Shown: in pieces, positions 1 to 9,857 of the stretch | How positions within the stretch are numbered: the first letter of the stretch is position 1 | Layout of the letters: the number at the start of each line of letters is the position of its first letter | Origin: Patescibacteria group bacterium | GTDB lineage: Bacteria > Patescibacteriota > Minisyncoccia > Phycocordibacterales > Phycocordibacteraceae | Direction of reading: 5' to 3' | DNA: 51,464 nucleotides | NCBI GenBank assembly: GCA_038062735.1 | Contig: JBBTWN010000016.1 | Location: forward strand, 1-51,464 | Made by a program: the position numbers and the translations under genes | Notes under the pieces: generated by a model | The model's input: the letters and a program-made list of their open reading frames with translations, nothing else | Databases searched by the model: none | What the model was told of the DNA's origin: nothing

Positions 1-69
1 TCTCCGCAGATAGTAACTTCGCGTTCGGAAAGGGCAGACTTCAGTGACCGTGGAGACCAGCAAAAGAAT

Positions 70-1308
70 CTAGTACACCCCAGCCTCCTGTAGGTAGGAG
101 TCGAAGAATTTTTTACAGTCAATGTCGTCCTCGGTCGTTGCGCCTTGGCCGCATGCACCTGGTGCGGGGTCGGACATACCGCAGAGCACGCCGTGGCAAT
201 GGTAGTAGGCGCACTCGTCAGGTTTTGCGAGATGTAAGGCAGTAGGGAAGGCACGCTGACGAGCCTCGTTCTCCTTGTTGATCTGATCCACGCGCGCCTG
301 GATTTTAGCTTGTACGTCGCTCAGCTCTTTTTCGAGCGTTGCTTTCTCTGCGTCTCTTCTTTCACGCAGGTTTTTGTAAAAGTCGAGCGCGGACTCGATG
401 TTCACTTTGCGCTCGGCCCGGAGTGCGTTCAGCACCCCTTCGAACTGGGTCTTAGTACTCTCTGGCGGGATATAGGTGTCCACGTCCGCGAGGTCGACGC
501 GGAGCTTGCTCTCGCGCTTCGTTATATTTTCGATACCATCAATGATCGCCTGTATTTCGCCGGGGATGGCGGCAGCACGCGCGCGAAGTGTCACAAGTTC
601 AGCATCGACGGCAGGGTTCAGGAGCTTGCAGCTTCTGAGGTTTGCTGGCGCATCGGCTTGCCCGGACTCACCATCTCGCACGGGGTCTGTAAAGGCATCT
701 TTTCCTTTGGGTGGATTACAGGCTTTTTCTCGTGCGTCGAGACCCGCAAGCCCTGCAGTGAGTGCGGCGCGCATCATCTGAGTATTTTGCGTAAATGTAT
801 TTTGGGTAGTTGCCATAGATGCGTCGTATGCATCGAAGCATGCCTTGGTGTCGGACTGTTCATAGGGTACATCTGCCTTTGGCGGGTTTGCGGCGCGGCA
901 CTGGTCCAAAGCGCCTTTCGCATCCTTGTAGTTTTTATACGCGACGTCGCGCTTTGCAAAGTATTCCTGAAACTCGCTGTAGGGCGCGCTGTCGGACGGT
1001 GATGTAATACCGTTAAATGCTTCGACCGCGGCGTCACGAGTCTTTTGTGCGTCCGCACAAGGGTCGATTGGTTTTGCACTTAGACATTGACTCAATCTCT
1101 CTTCTGCAACTGCCCGCTCTTCTGCAAAAATCTGCACACTCGCAGCTACTCCTGCATCGTAGAGCGACTGGAGCTCTGCGCGTGCCTCGTCTATGGCGTC
1201 ACAAGCCACGGTGCTCGCATCAAAACTCTGAAGAGAGAAAATGATACCAGCAACAATTGCTGCAGCGACTACCACGGCCCCGATAATTGTGTATGTATGT
1301 GTATTCAT
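70..1308 (-). CDS. Membrane-anchored coiled-coil, Cys-rich hypothetical protein
   Basis: 412-aa ORF; N-terminal hydrophobic helix (IIGAVVVAAAIVAGIIF), long Ala/Glu-rich helical segments, C-terminal Cys cluster CAYYHCHGVLC...C...C; divergent from csoR. Confidence 0.8.
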   Translation of the reverse strand: MNTHTYTIIGAVVVAAAIVAGIIFSLQSFDASTVACDAIDEARAELQSLYDAGVAASVQIFAEERAVAEERLSQCLSAKPIDPCADAQKTRDAAVEAFNGITSPSDSAPYSEFQEYFAKRDVAYKNYKDAKGALDQCRAANPPKADVPYEQSDTKACFDAYDASMATTQNTFTQNTQMMRAALTAGLAGLDAREKACNPPKGKDAFTDPVRDGESGQADAPANLRSCKLLNPAVDAELVTLRARAAAIPGEIQAIIDGIENITKRESKLRVDLADVDTYIPPESTKTQFEGVLNALRAERKVNIESALDFYKNLRERRDAEKATLEKELSDVQAKIQARVDQINKENEARQRAFPTALHLAKPDECAYYHCHGVLCGMSDPAPGACGQGATTEDDIDCKKFFDSYLQEAGVY

Positions 1309-1337
1309 ATATAGCCCACAGTATATCCCCTCATGAC

Positions 1338-1366
1338 TTGAAGCATATACCCCCCTAGGGTATACT
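1338..1366 (+). promoter_or_regulatory. Sigma70-type promoter of csoR operon overlapped by CsoR/RcnR-type operator
   Basis: TTGAAG (1338-1343), 17 bp, TATACT (1361-1366); pseudo-palindrome TATACCC-CCCTA-GGGTATA (1346-1364) with the C/G tracts typical of CsoR-family operators. Confidence 0.8.
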
Positions 1367-1373
1367 GGTGCAT

Positions 1374-1643
1374 ATGAAAGTGGAAATTAAAAAACAGGTT
1401 AAAAATCGCCTGAGCCGAATTCAAGGCCAAGTAGCGGGTCTCATACGGCTGGTTGAAAGCGATACCTATTGCATCGACATCATCACGCAAGCGCAGGCGA
1501 TAAAAAGTGCGCTCGGCGCAGTTGAGAGTTTAATGCTCAAAAACCACCTTGAAACGCACGTGGTGGAGCAGATGCGTGGCACGAACCAGAAAAAAGCAGC
1601 CGAAGAAATTCTTAAGGTGTATAAAGTCTCACAGAAAAAATAG
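1374..1643 (+). CDS. csoR: CsoR/RcnR family metal-sensing transcriptional repressor
   Basis: RLSRIQGQV..L, YCIDIITQ, LKNHLETHV motifs; directly upstream of a Cu-ATPase; ATG 1374 preferred over GTG 1368 because it lies 7 nt after the -10 box. Confidence 0.9.
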   Translation: MKVEIKKQVKNRLSRIQGQVAGLIRLVESDTYCIDIITQAQAIKSALGAVESLMLKNHLETHVVEQMRGTNQKKAAEEILKVYKVSQKK

Positions 1644-1644
1644 C

Positions 1645-3497
1645 ATGCAGGGACACACGCATCACGACACACACGCCGGTCATCACACCGCTGATTTTCT
1701 CAAAAAGTTTTGGATCGCACTTATATTCACGGTTCCGATACTCGGGTACTCCGAAATCTTTAAAATCGCGACTGGCATCACCGTGCCTACATTTCCTGGT
1801 TACGAGTGGGTTATCCTTGTGCTCGGCTCGATTGTTTTTTGGTATTGCGGATGGATTTTCTTAAAGAGCGCGTACCACGAGCTTCGCGTTTGGCTCCCGG
1901 GGATGATGACCTTGATTGCACTTGCGACGACGGCTGCGTACTCGTGGAGTGTCTACGCAACGTTTATTGGTGAGCCACGCTGTTTTGGGAACTCTCCACG
2001 CTTATCGCCATCATGCTTTTGGGCCACTGGATTGAGATGCGAGCCGTGCAGGGGGCGAAGGGCGCACTTAAGGAACTCTCGGCACTCCTCCCCGATGAGG
2101 CAAAAAACTTGAAGCCGGGTGATGTGGTGGTAGTGCGGCCCGGCGCCAAGGTGCCGGGTGACGGAGAGGTACTTGAGGGAATCTCTGAAGTTGATGAATC
2201 CATTTTGACTGGTGAGTCTCGCCCGGTGCCGAAGCACACAGGCGATAGCGTGATCGCGGGTTCCATAAACGGCGACGGGTCACTCACCGTGCGGGTTACC
2301 AAGACAGGTGAAGCGACCTTCCTTGCGGGCGTCATGCGGCTCGTTGCACAAGCCGAAAGCTCAAAGTCGAAGTTACAGCTTCTTGCCGATCGCGCAGCAC
2401 TTTACCTGACGGGGGTCGCCGTGGTCGCGGGTGGTGCGACGTTTGTGTCATGGCTTTTTGCCGAGGTTGGGCTCGTCTTTGCCACCGAGCGCCTGGTTGC
2501 AGTTCTCGTCATTGCGTGCCCGCACGCACTTGGCCTTGCCGTGCCCTTGGTTGCATCCATTTCGACCACCATGGCTGCAAAAAATGGGTTTTTGGTTAAA
2601 CAGCGGCTCGCGCTCGAAGCGGCGCGCACGATCGATACGGTTTTGTTTGATAAAACAGGCACGCTTACGGAAGGGAAGTTTACGGTAACGAACGCAAGCT
2701 CGGACGAAACACTCGCGCTCGCTGCCGCAGTTGATGCGCACTCAGAGCATCCGATAGCACATGCGATCGTTGCCGAGGCAAAAAAGCGCTCACTACGATA
2801 TATGGAAGTGAAGGAATTTAAGCGAATACCCGGTGTAGGGGCCGAAGGGATGGTGGAAGGCAAAAAGATTTTTGTAGGACATCGCGGTGGGGCGGACATT
2901 GTTGTTGAGAAGGATGGAATAGTAGTCGGTACCATCCAAGTTGCTGACGCGCCGCGACCAGAGGCCAAGGAAGCAGTCGCGGCGCTCAAAGGGGCCGGTG
3001 TCTCGATCGCGATGATTACGGGCGATTCGGAGGAAGTGGCAAAGCAAGTCGCATCGGAGCTCGGCATTGATGAGTACTTTTCCCGCGTCCTGCCAGGAGA
3101 AAAATCGGAGAAAGTGAAGGCACTCCAAAAAGGCGGCAAGAAAGTCGCCTTCGTAGGCGACGGAGTGAATGATGCACCGGCACTTACCCAATCTGACCTT
3201 GGCATCGCCATAGGCGCGGGTACTAATGTCGCAATCGAATCGGCCGGCATCATTCTAGTGCGCAACGATCCTCGAGACATTCCAAAAATCATCCGACTTT
3301 CACAACTCACCTATAGCAAGATGATTCAAAATCTCTTTTGGGCGACGGGGTACAACGTTATAGCACTCCCACTCGCCGCAGGGGCTCTGTACACATACGG
3401 CATCCTGTTGGAACCTGCACTCGCAGCAGTTCTCATGTCTCTCTCGACCGTCATTGTGGCGATCAATGCTGTTTTATTGAAGCGTCGAAAACTATGA
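1645..3497 (+). pseudogene. copB: Copper-translocating P1B-type ATPase, CopB-like (CPH motif), interrupted by a 1-nt frameshift near 1975 (real or sequencing error)
   Basis: His-rich N-terminus MQGHTHHDTHAGHH, PGMMTLIAL in first frame; TGES, IACPHALGLA, DKTGTLT, SEHP, GDGVNDAP, YN, MSLST in second frame; adding one base at gagcc^acg restores EPTLFWELSTLIAIMLLGHWIEM. Confidence 0.9.
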
Positions 3498-4348
3498 AAC
3501 AGTACATTCAGGAACTCGAGAAAAGAAATAATCGTGAGAAAGGTGAATGGATTAAGGAATTTCTTAGTGCTCGCCAGATTCCATTTTCTATCCAGAAATT
3601 TTCAACCATTTTTGCTCGAGGAGAAAACATTATCGTTGATTACCCTTTCAATTCACGAAGTGATGCAAAAAAGACGATGCTTTCTGCACACTACAACGCA
3701 TGGTTTGGTACGCCTGGTGCAAACGATAACGCATCCGGTGTTTCTGTCCTCCTCAGGTTTGTGGAGAGGCTTTTGAAGGAATCAAAAAATCAGCCGATCC
3801 GAATAATCTTTTTCGATCTCGAGGATGGATGGGCGACTCGTGGTGGGTCAAGAGCATACGCGAGAGAGTATGGCGTTCATGATGTACATGAAATGTATAA
3901 CCTTGAGATGGTGGGCATGGGGTCACACTTACTTCTTTGGCCAGGACAGAAAGATGAAACTGCTCGCACATGGCTCACGCCACTTGTTGAACATGCGAGA
4001 TCGCTTGGGCTGGGTGTTGTACATGCTCCTCAAGCAAGAATAGAAATTGTAAATTTCCTAACTCCATTTGGTTTTGTTTCTGACCACGTGACACTCATCG
4101 AGTCAGGATGTGAGCGCGCAGTCGCGTTAACCACTATTCCCGCGGAGGATATGAGATACACGCCGCAGATCTTAGATGGGAAGAGAAAGTTGCGTTTTGC
4201 ATTCTCGATTCTTGCGTATCGCTTATTTGGGCTTGGTACTGCACCAAAGTTACTGAGACACTATCATAATAAAAATGATCGGTCTGAGTTTGTCGAGCAG
4301 AAAAATCTCGACACAATTTTAGAGCTTCTCTGGAGAGTTGTTAGGTAA
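3494..4348 (+). CDS. M28 family metallopeptidase-like protein
   Basis: SAHYN, GANDNASG, FFDLED, NLEMVG, SDH, YH..ND motifs; ATG 3494 overlaps copB stop (ATGA). Confidence 0.8.
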   Translation: MKQYIQELEKRNNREKGEWIKEFLSARQIPFSIQKFSTIFARGENIIVDYPFNSRSDAKKTMLSAHYNAWFGTPGANDNASGVSVLLRFVERLLKESKNQPIRIIFFDLEDGWATRGGSRAYAREYGVHDVHEMYNLEMVGMGSHLLLWPGQKDETARTWLTPLVEHARSLGLGVVHAPQARIEIVNFLTPFGFVSDHVTLIESGCERAVALTTIPAEDMRYTPQILDGKRKLRFAFSILAYRLFGLGTAPKLLRHYHNKNDRSEFVEQKNLDTILELLWRVVR

Positions 4349-4353
4349 ATTAC

Positions 4354-4767
4354 ATGATCACATCACGACTCAAAACCATCTTCGCGCTCTCGATCCCGCT
4401 CTTTATTGCACACGGAGTGGAGGAAATCTTGACCGGTTTCTACAATCTCGACGCATGGGATGAGTGGATATTTGGACTATTGCCCTTTGCTTCAATCCAC
4501 GAGGCGATGTTCGTCACTTTCCAGGCCATGTTGTGGCTGCTTCTTATTGTCGCCTTCATACTTCTCTTAGGAGAGCGACAGCGCTTCTATATGCTCGCGC
4601 TTCTTGGAGTCATATTTGTTTTTGAGCTGCATCACCCTATCAAGGCTCTCATTGCAGGAGGATACTATCCAGGCCTAGTTACCTCTCTCGCATTTCCGAT
4701 TCTGGCCTTCCTTTTCTGGCGAGAGTGGTTACGCAATTTTGCTAGAATGAGAGCCGCAAATATATGA
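4354..4767 (+). CDS. HXXEE-domain membrane protein
   Basis: IAHGVEE motif, about 4 TM helices, YYPGLVT motif. Confidence 0.75.
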   Translation: MITSRLKTIFALSIPLFIAHGVEEILTGFYNLDAWDEWIFGLLPFASIHEAMFVTFQAMLWLLLIVAFILLLGERQRFYMLALLGVIFVFELHHPIKALIAGGYYPGLVTSLAFPILAFLFWREWLRNFARMRAANI

Positions 4768-4979
4768 AGAACTTTCTGAATACCGTCATTTATGCAATAG
4801 CGATACTATCGACCGTAATGGGTACACTCGCGATGTTCGCGGCCAAGATTGCATCCTATGAGGGAGGTACCTTTTTATTCCGATCAGAAACGCACTGGTT
4901 CTATGATTCGATCACGGCATTTCTGCTTTCCATAAGTCTTGTCGCGCTCATGTCTTTAGGGCGGAATAAAAACAGCTGA
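4764..4979 (+). CDS. Small 2-TM membrane protein
   Basis: 71 aa, two hydrophobic helices, ATGA-coupled to upstream gene. Confidence 0.65.
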   Translation: MKNFLNTVIYAIAILSTVMGTLAMFAAKIASYEGGTFLFRSETHWFYDSITAFLLSISLVALMSLGRNKNS

Positions 4980-4980
4980 T

Positions 4981-5628
4981 ATGTGTTTTTCAGCCACCGC
5001 AAGTTTCGTCGCAGGGGGAGTACTCGCTGCTACCGGAGTTTTGACGCTCACAAAAACGGAGGCGAAAAAGGAGCTGCCTCTTGCCAGCATCCCACTCTTC
5101 TTCGGAATCCAGCAAACTATTGAAGGGGTTATCTGGCTTTCATTTGGTATGTCCCTGTTGGGTACAGTCATGACCTACGCGTATTTGTTCTTTGCGTACG
5201 TTTTTTGGCCGGTGTTCGTCCCCATTGCGGTATTGCTGGTTGAGCCAGATCCTCTTCGGAAAAATGTCTTGAGGGCCCTGTCGCTTGCTGGCTTCATACT
5301 CGGCGCATACCTCCTCTATTACATTTTTGCGGACCCAGGTACAGCACATATTGTGAACCAGAGCATCGCCTATGACTACCGACACTTGTACGAATTACTG
5401 CCGCTTACCTTGTATGTGGCAGTCACCTGTGGGAGCGGTCTCATCTCAAGTCACCGAGTACTCAATGTATTTGGCCTCGCCGCCCTCGCCTCTTTCTTTA
5501 TCGCGAATTGGTTCTTCAACATAACCTTTATATCCGTGTGGTGCTTCTTGGCTGCGATTCTAAGCGCCATCATTTATTGGTACTTCAAACAAAAACCTGT
5601 CGCCGTAAGGCCGGTCGAAACAGGTTAG
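4981..5628 (+). CDS. Multi-TM membrane protein, DUF6629-like (MCFSA.AS N-terminus)
   Basis: MCFSATASF start, PLFFGIQQ.IEG.IW, C-terminal SVWCF; about 7 TM helices. Confidence 0.75.
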   Translation: MCFSATASFVAGGVLAATGVLTLTKTEAKKELPLASIPLFFGIQQTIEGVIWLSFGMSLLGTVMTYAYLFFAYVFWPVFVPIAVLLVEPDPLRKNVLRALSLAGFILGAYLLYYIFADPGTAHIVNQSIAYDYRHLYELLPLTLYVAVTCGSGLISSHRVLNVFGLAALASFFIANWFFNITFISVWCFLAAILSAIIYWYFKQKPVAVRPVETG

Positions 5629-5674
5629 TATTATTAACCAAGAGGTATTACAAGCATTAAACACATATACTCAA

Positions 5675-5926
5675 ATGAACACATTTCGCGCAGTCAAAAT
5701 CGGGTTAGCGTGGATCAACATTACGTACATACTCTGCTACGTGATATTAGGTTTGATACCGGCATCGCGCCCATCCCTCTTGCCGTATATCTTGCATCTC
5801 AACGTTGGGCAGGTGGAAAATATTATGACAATAGGTAACTTCATCGTTGGTCTTATTCTCTGGAACGTTATCGTGGGAGCGGGTATCTGGCTTGCGGGTT
5901 TTCTTGCTCAGAATATTAAAAACTAA
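5675..5926 (+). CDS. Small 2-TM protein, DUF5676-like, often near P-type ATPases
   Basis: 83 aa, two TM helices, YILC and LH motifs; located in copper operon. Confidence 0.6.
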   Translation: MNTFRAVKIGLAWINITYILCYVILGLIPASRPSLLPYILHLNVGQVENIMTIGNFIVGLILWNVIVGAGIWLAGFLAQNIKN

Positions 5927-5935
5927 TCAAAAAAT

Positions 5936-6154
5936 ATGAAATTCTCTAAACTCATGCACGTTGCAAGTGTCATAACCGGGTTTATTGGTGTCATAGTGTT
6001 TCTTATTAGCGTATTTGGGAACGCGGAATCAACGTTTGGCATTACCAAGATGGATGCGCTTGCGTGTTCCGCCATCCTTATTCTCATTGCGACATGGACC
6101 CAAGTAGCAACGATTCACCACATGATGCTTGAGAAGACGGGCGAGATGATCTGA
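5936..6154 (+). CDS. Small 2-TM membrane protein
   Basis: 72 aa, LMHVAS and TIHHMM His/Met motifs flanking two TM helices. Confidence 0.7.
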   Translation: MKFSKLMHVASVITGFIGVIVFLISVFGNAESTFGITKMDALACSAILILIATWTQVATIHHMMLEKTGEMI

Positions 6155-6157
6155 CCC

Positions 6158-6688
6158 ATGCGTATACCGACAGAGTGGTACGTTATTACCGGCGGCCCCA
6201 GTTCGGGTAAGACGACGACCGTCGAACTTCTAAAACAACGCGGGTATGAGACCACGATCGAGCACGCGCGACACTACATCGATACGCAGCGTGTGACGGG
6301 GAAGTCGACGAAGGAAATTAAAGCAAACCAACTCGAGTTTCAGCACCGCGTCCTCGACATGCAAATTGAAGAGGAGCGGACGCTGCCCAGAGATGTGGTT
6401 GTGTTTCTCGACCGTGCACTCCCTGATATCCTCGCGTACTACCACTTTCTCGGGCTCCCTGAGGACACCAAGCTCACGAAGGCACTTGAACGTGTAGATT
6501 ACAAAAAAGTATTTATCCTGGATCCGCTCCCGTTGGCTCCCGACTATGCCCGCACCGAGGACGAGTCGGCGCAAAAGAAAATCCATGCGCTTATCACTAA
6601 AGTGTACGAGTCACTCCCGGCCCCGGTAGTCCGGGTGCCCGTCCTTCCGAGAGAAGAACGTGTTGACTTCATTCTTAAAAACCTCTAA
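6158..6688 (+). CDS. AAA_28/NadR-like P-loop kinase/ATPase
   Basis: ITGGPSSGKTT Walker A, EHAR, FLDRALPD, R.E motifs. Confidence 0.85.
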   Translation: MRIPTEWYVITGGPSSGKTTTVELLKQRGYETTIEHARHYIDTQRVTGKSTKEIKANQLEFQHRVLDMQIEEERTLPRDVVVFLDRALPDILAYYHFLGLPEDTKLTKALERVDYKKVFILDPLPLAPDYARTEDESAQKKIHALITKVYESLPAPVVRVPVLPREERVDFILKNL

Positions 6689-6702
6689 CGTTTAGTGAAC
6701 AT

Positions 6703-7122
6703 ATGAAAACCCCCCTTATCCTTGGTGTCATAGTCCTTGTTCTTTTGGCGGGGGCCACATGGTGGTCGTCGACGCTTCAGACTGGAAACAATACGACGGT
6801 AGTAAGTCAAGATGGGCTCCACTGGCACCCAACGTTGGTAATGTACGTGAAGGGTGAAAAGATTGAGATTCCAGGAAATATCGGACTTGGCGCAGTGCAT
6901 CAGCCCATGCATACGCACGAGGACTTACCGATCATCCACCTCGAGTACTCGGGGCGCGTCGTTGAGGACGACCTCAAGCTTGGTAACTTCTTCGCAAACT
7001 GGGGACGCGATATGCGGTCGTTTGGCACAAACATGCACATGAAAGTGAATGGCATCGACAACACTGAGTACGAAAACTACATGATGCGGGACGGTGATAG
7101 TATAGAACTACACTATGACTAA
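6703..7122 (+). CDS. Membrane-anchored His-motif protein, putative extracytoplasmic metal binder
   Basis: N-terminal TM; LHWHP, IP.NIG, MHTHE, IHLE motifs; overlaps multicopper oxidase start. Confidence 0.75.
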   Translation: MKTPLILGVIVLVLLAGATWWSSTLQTGNNTTVVSQDGLHWHPTLVMYVKGEKIEIPGNIGLGAVHQPMHTHEDLPIIHLEYSGRVVEDDLKLGNFFANWGRDMRSFGTNMHMKVNGIDNTEYENYMMRDGDSIELHYD

Positions 7123-8641
7123 AATCTGGTACGTATTGGGCGCTCTCGTACTCATCGGCTTTGGGTACTTGTTAAGCCAAGCTGCACTTGCGCCGCGAGC
7201 GAGCGCTTCACAAATAGTTGAGCTTACAGACGGTGATACGTACGACCTCACCGCGAGTGTGGTCACGAAGGAAATAAATGGAGTCACTCACGACATGCTC
7301 GCGTACAACGGCTCGATCCCTGGGCCACTAATCAAAGTTGAGCAAGGAGCGGAGGTGACTATCAACTTCACAAACGAGGTGGGCATGAGTACGCTCCTCC
7401 ACTCGCACGGAGTGCGTATGGACAACGCCTTTGATGGATCGCAGACTAGTCAAGAGGAAATAAAGTCGGGAGAATCCTTTTCGTACAAGCTTACATTTCC
7501 TGACGCGGGTGTGTACTGGTACCACCCGCACGTGCGCGAGGACTATCAGCAGGAACTGGGGCTGTATGGTGCGTTTGTTGTGGAGCCGAGTGACTCAAGC
7601 TATCTCCCGCCGGTCAATCGTGAAGAGGTGGTGTTTCTCGACGATATTTTGATAGAAGGAGAGAATATCAATCTCAGTAAGGCAGGAGCTGACCACACAC
7701 TTATGGGGCGGTTTGGGAACGTGATGTTGGTGAATGGCGGAACGGATTATGTACTCCAAGTCGTGCGCGGAGAAGTAGTACGGCTTTACCTGGTGAATAG
7801 CGCCAATGCGCGGCCGTTTAATTTTGCTATTCAGGGTGCACAGATGAAGCTTGTTGGTGGAGATAACGGTGTGTACGAACGTTCGACGTTCGTTGATTCG
7901 GTAACGCTCGGGCCATCGGAGCGCGCGATAGTTGATGTACTTGTTACAGAGCCCACGACACTAGTGAATGACACACCAACAGGCCTTACGGCGCTCGGCT
8001 CAATTGCGGTGACAGACGGGCCGCTCGAAAAGTCGTATGCCGCTCAGTTCAACACTCTCCAAATGAGCCCACAAGTATCTGCGAGTATCGACCCGTACCG
8101 TCAGTATGTTGGCAGTGCACCGGACAAAACAATCTCATTAACCGTCGACATGATGGGGGGAATGATGAGCAACATGGGCGGTCATATGATGCCGGACGGC
8201 ACCACGATGGGCGGTATGAATATGGGAGGATTGCCGGAAGGGGGTATTGAATGGGAGGACACCGATATGCAAATGATGAATGAAATGTCGAATGCCGACA
8301 TGGTTAAGTGGCGCATCATTGATCAAGACACCGGAAGAAAAGATATGGATATCGACTGGGCGTTCAAAAAAGGCGAGCCAGTTAAAATACGTATCTTTAA
8401 CGACCCAAAGTCTATGCACCCAATGCAGCATCCGATTCATTTCCACGGACAGCGGTTTCTCGTGGTCGCTCGTGATGACCTGCCGCAAACAAACCTTGTG
8501 TGGAAAGACACGGTCTTGGTGAAAGCTGGAGAAACAGTCGATATTATTCTCGACACCTCAAACCCTGGCACCTGGATGGCCCACTGCCACATCGCCGAGC
8601 ACTTAGAATCGGGAATGATGATGACATTTAAGGTTGAATAG
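7115..8641 (+). CDS. Multicopper oxidase (CueO/CopA-like) with Met-rich insert
   Basis: All four Cu-binding motifs: LHSHG, YWYHPH, HPIHFHG, HCHIAEHLESGMM; Met-rich loop MMGGMMSNMGGHMMPDG; N-terminal TM anchor. Confidence 0.93.
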   Translation: MTKIWYVLGALVLIGFGYLLSQAALAPRASASQIVELTDGDTYDLTASVVTKEINGVTHDMLAYNGSIPGPLIKVEQGAEVTINFTNEVGMSTLLHSHGVRMDNAFDGSQTSQEEIKSGESFSYKLTFPDAGVYWYHPHVREDYQQELGLYGAFVVEPSDSSYLPPVNREEVVFLDDILIEGENINLSKAGADHTLMGRFGNVMLVNGGTDYVLQVVRGEVVRLYLVNSANARPFNFAIQGAQMKLVGGDNGVYERSTFVDSVTLGPSERAIVDVLVTEPTTLVNDTPTGLTALGSIAVTDGPLEKSYAAQFNTLQMSPQVSASIDPYRQYVGSAPDKTISLTVDMMGGMMSNMGGHMMPDGTTMGGMNMGGLPEGGIEWEDTDMQMMNEMSNADMVKWRIIDQDTGRKDMDIDWAFKKGEPVKIRIFNDPKSMHPMQHPIHFHGQRFLVVARDDLPQTNLVWKDTVLVKAGETVDIILDTSNPGTWMAHCHIAEHLESGMMMTFKVE

Positions 8642-8807
8642 TTGACCAAACAAGCATTTTGCAAAAAACTAGAATGGCCATATAGGACATGTTCGGGCGA
8701 ATTAGCCTATAAGAAGACGGATGATAGAATATTGTTATGCTTCGAAGTAAGCCAGAATCAGTTGAATCCCTCCCTCTCCTCTTTGGCGGCGGTTTATACT
8801 GATTACA

Positions 8808-9848
8808 ATGAAGTATTTGATCGGTGTAGGGGTGCTCATCATTGTCGTTATTATTAGTGGCGGATGGTATCTTCTTGCGAGTGAGGGCACGCAGGTAGCG
8901 GTTGAACAAGTGGCAACTCCACAGCCTGTTGTTGAGAAGGTCAGCGTACATCCTGAACCAAAGGTACTTACTGCACCCATAACAGAGCGGAGAGACCTCA
9001 CCGTTAGCTACGAACTGAAGGTGCTCGCAAGCTTCTCGCAGGTCACCGAGAGCGTGGCGCGAGATATCTGCGCCATTACTGCGGGGGCTGGTGTGTGCGC
9101 GTGGGGGCTCACATTGGTAACTGAAAGTGGAACGTTAACAGAAAAGGTGAGCAGGGCAGATTTTTCAGTGACACTGGTTCCAGCAGATGCCCCGCAGCTC
9201 CTCCCCGGGCTGCAGTACCACATAGAGATTAGGGATCCGAGCGAGTTCGAGCCCAAATACCGGATGTTTGTTGTACACAAAGATTTACTAGACAGAGTAG
9301 ATGGAGTATACGAGGCACATATCACGGCGGAGACTGTACCGCATGGCAACGCACGGGTGTTCGAGTGGTACCTGCAGGAAAAGCACATTAACGAGAGTGG
9401 CATAGAGGAGGTGGGTGATTTGCGTAAAGGTCACTATCAAATAGCAGTGGTGGATGCCGCCTCAGGACGAGTTAGTGGAATAAGCAAGGTATTCGTTATC
9501 GGTCCGCTTGAGGAATACAAATCAGACACCACTCGTTTTGGCGTCAACACCCCGCTCGCGCATTCGCGCTGGGGTGGTAAGGGGGTGTTCTTTGACGGCA
9601 AGGGTGGGGAAGACATCATCAAGCTCGTCGGAGACAAGGGTATGTATGATATATTTAAGGGAGTTGATTTCCCTGAGTATGCAGATACACTGATTTTCCT
9701 ACAGGGTGGCAGCGTGGTCATTACAACTGTAAATGTTGAGATTGTGGAATTTGATGATGTTACCATCAACGTTCGCGACCTTATTGCAGAGCTCTCTGCG
9801 AATAAAGGCACTTTATATCGAACCAAGAAGTTCGATGTTAAAAAGTAA
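8808..9848 (+). CDS. Membrane-anchored hypothetical protein
   Basis: 346-aa ORF with N-terminal TM helix; TATACT 7 nt upstream of ATG. Confidence 0.75.
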   Translation: MKYLIGVGVLIIVVIISGGWYLLASEGTQVAVEQVATPQPVVEKVSVHPEPKVLTAPITERRDLTVSYELKVLASFSQVTESVARDICAITAGAGVCAWGLTLVTESGTLTEKVSRADFSVTLVPADAPQLLPGLQYHIEIRDPSEFEPKYRMFVVHKDLLDRVDGVYEAHITAETVPHGNARVFEWYLQEKHINESGIEEVGDLRKGHYQIAVVDAASGRVSGISKVFVIGPLEEYKSDTTRFGVNTPLAHSRWGGKGVFFDGKGGEDIIKLVGDKGMYDIFKGVDFPEYADTLIFLQGGSVVITTVNVEIVEFDDVTINVRDLIAELSANKGTLYRTKKFDVKK

Positions 9849-9857
9849 TGCGCGAGT

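Noticed and set aside
310-3310. Long alternative-strand ORFs such as 310-1002 (+) and 2402-3310 (-), and similar ones across the window
   Set aside because: Shadow frames of well-supported genes, with no motifs or promoter geometry
8642-8807. Small ORF or ncRNA in the 166-bp gap after the multicopper oxidase
   Set aside because: No convincing ORF start or recognisable RNA structure; promoter-like hexamers are wrongly spaced except the -10 of the 8808 gene
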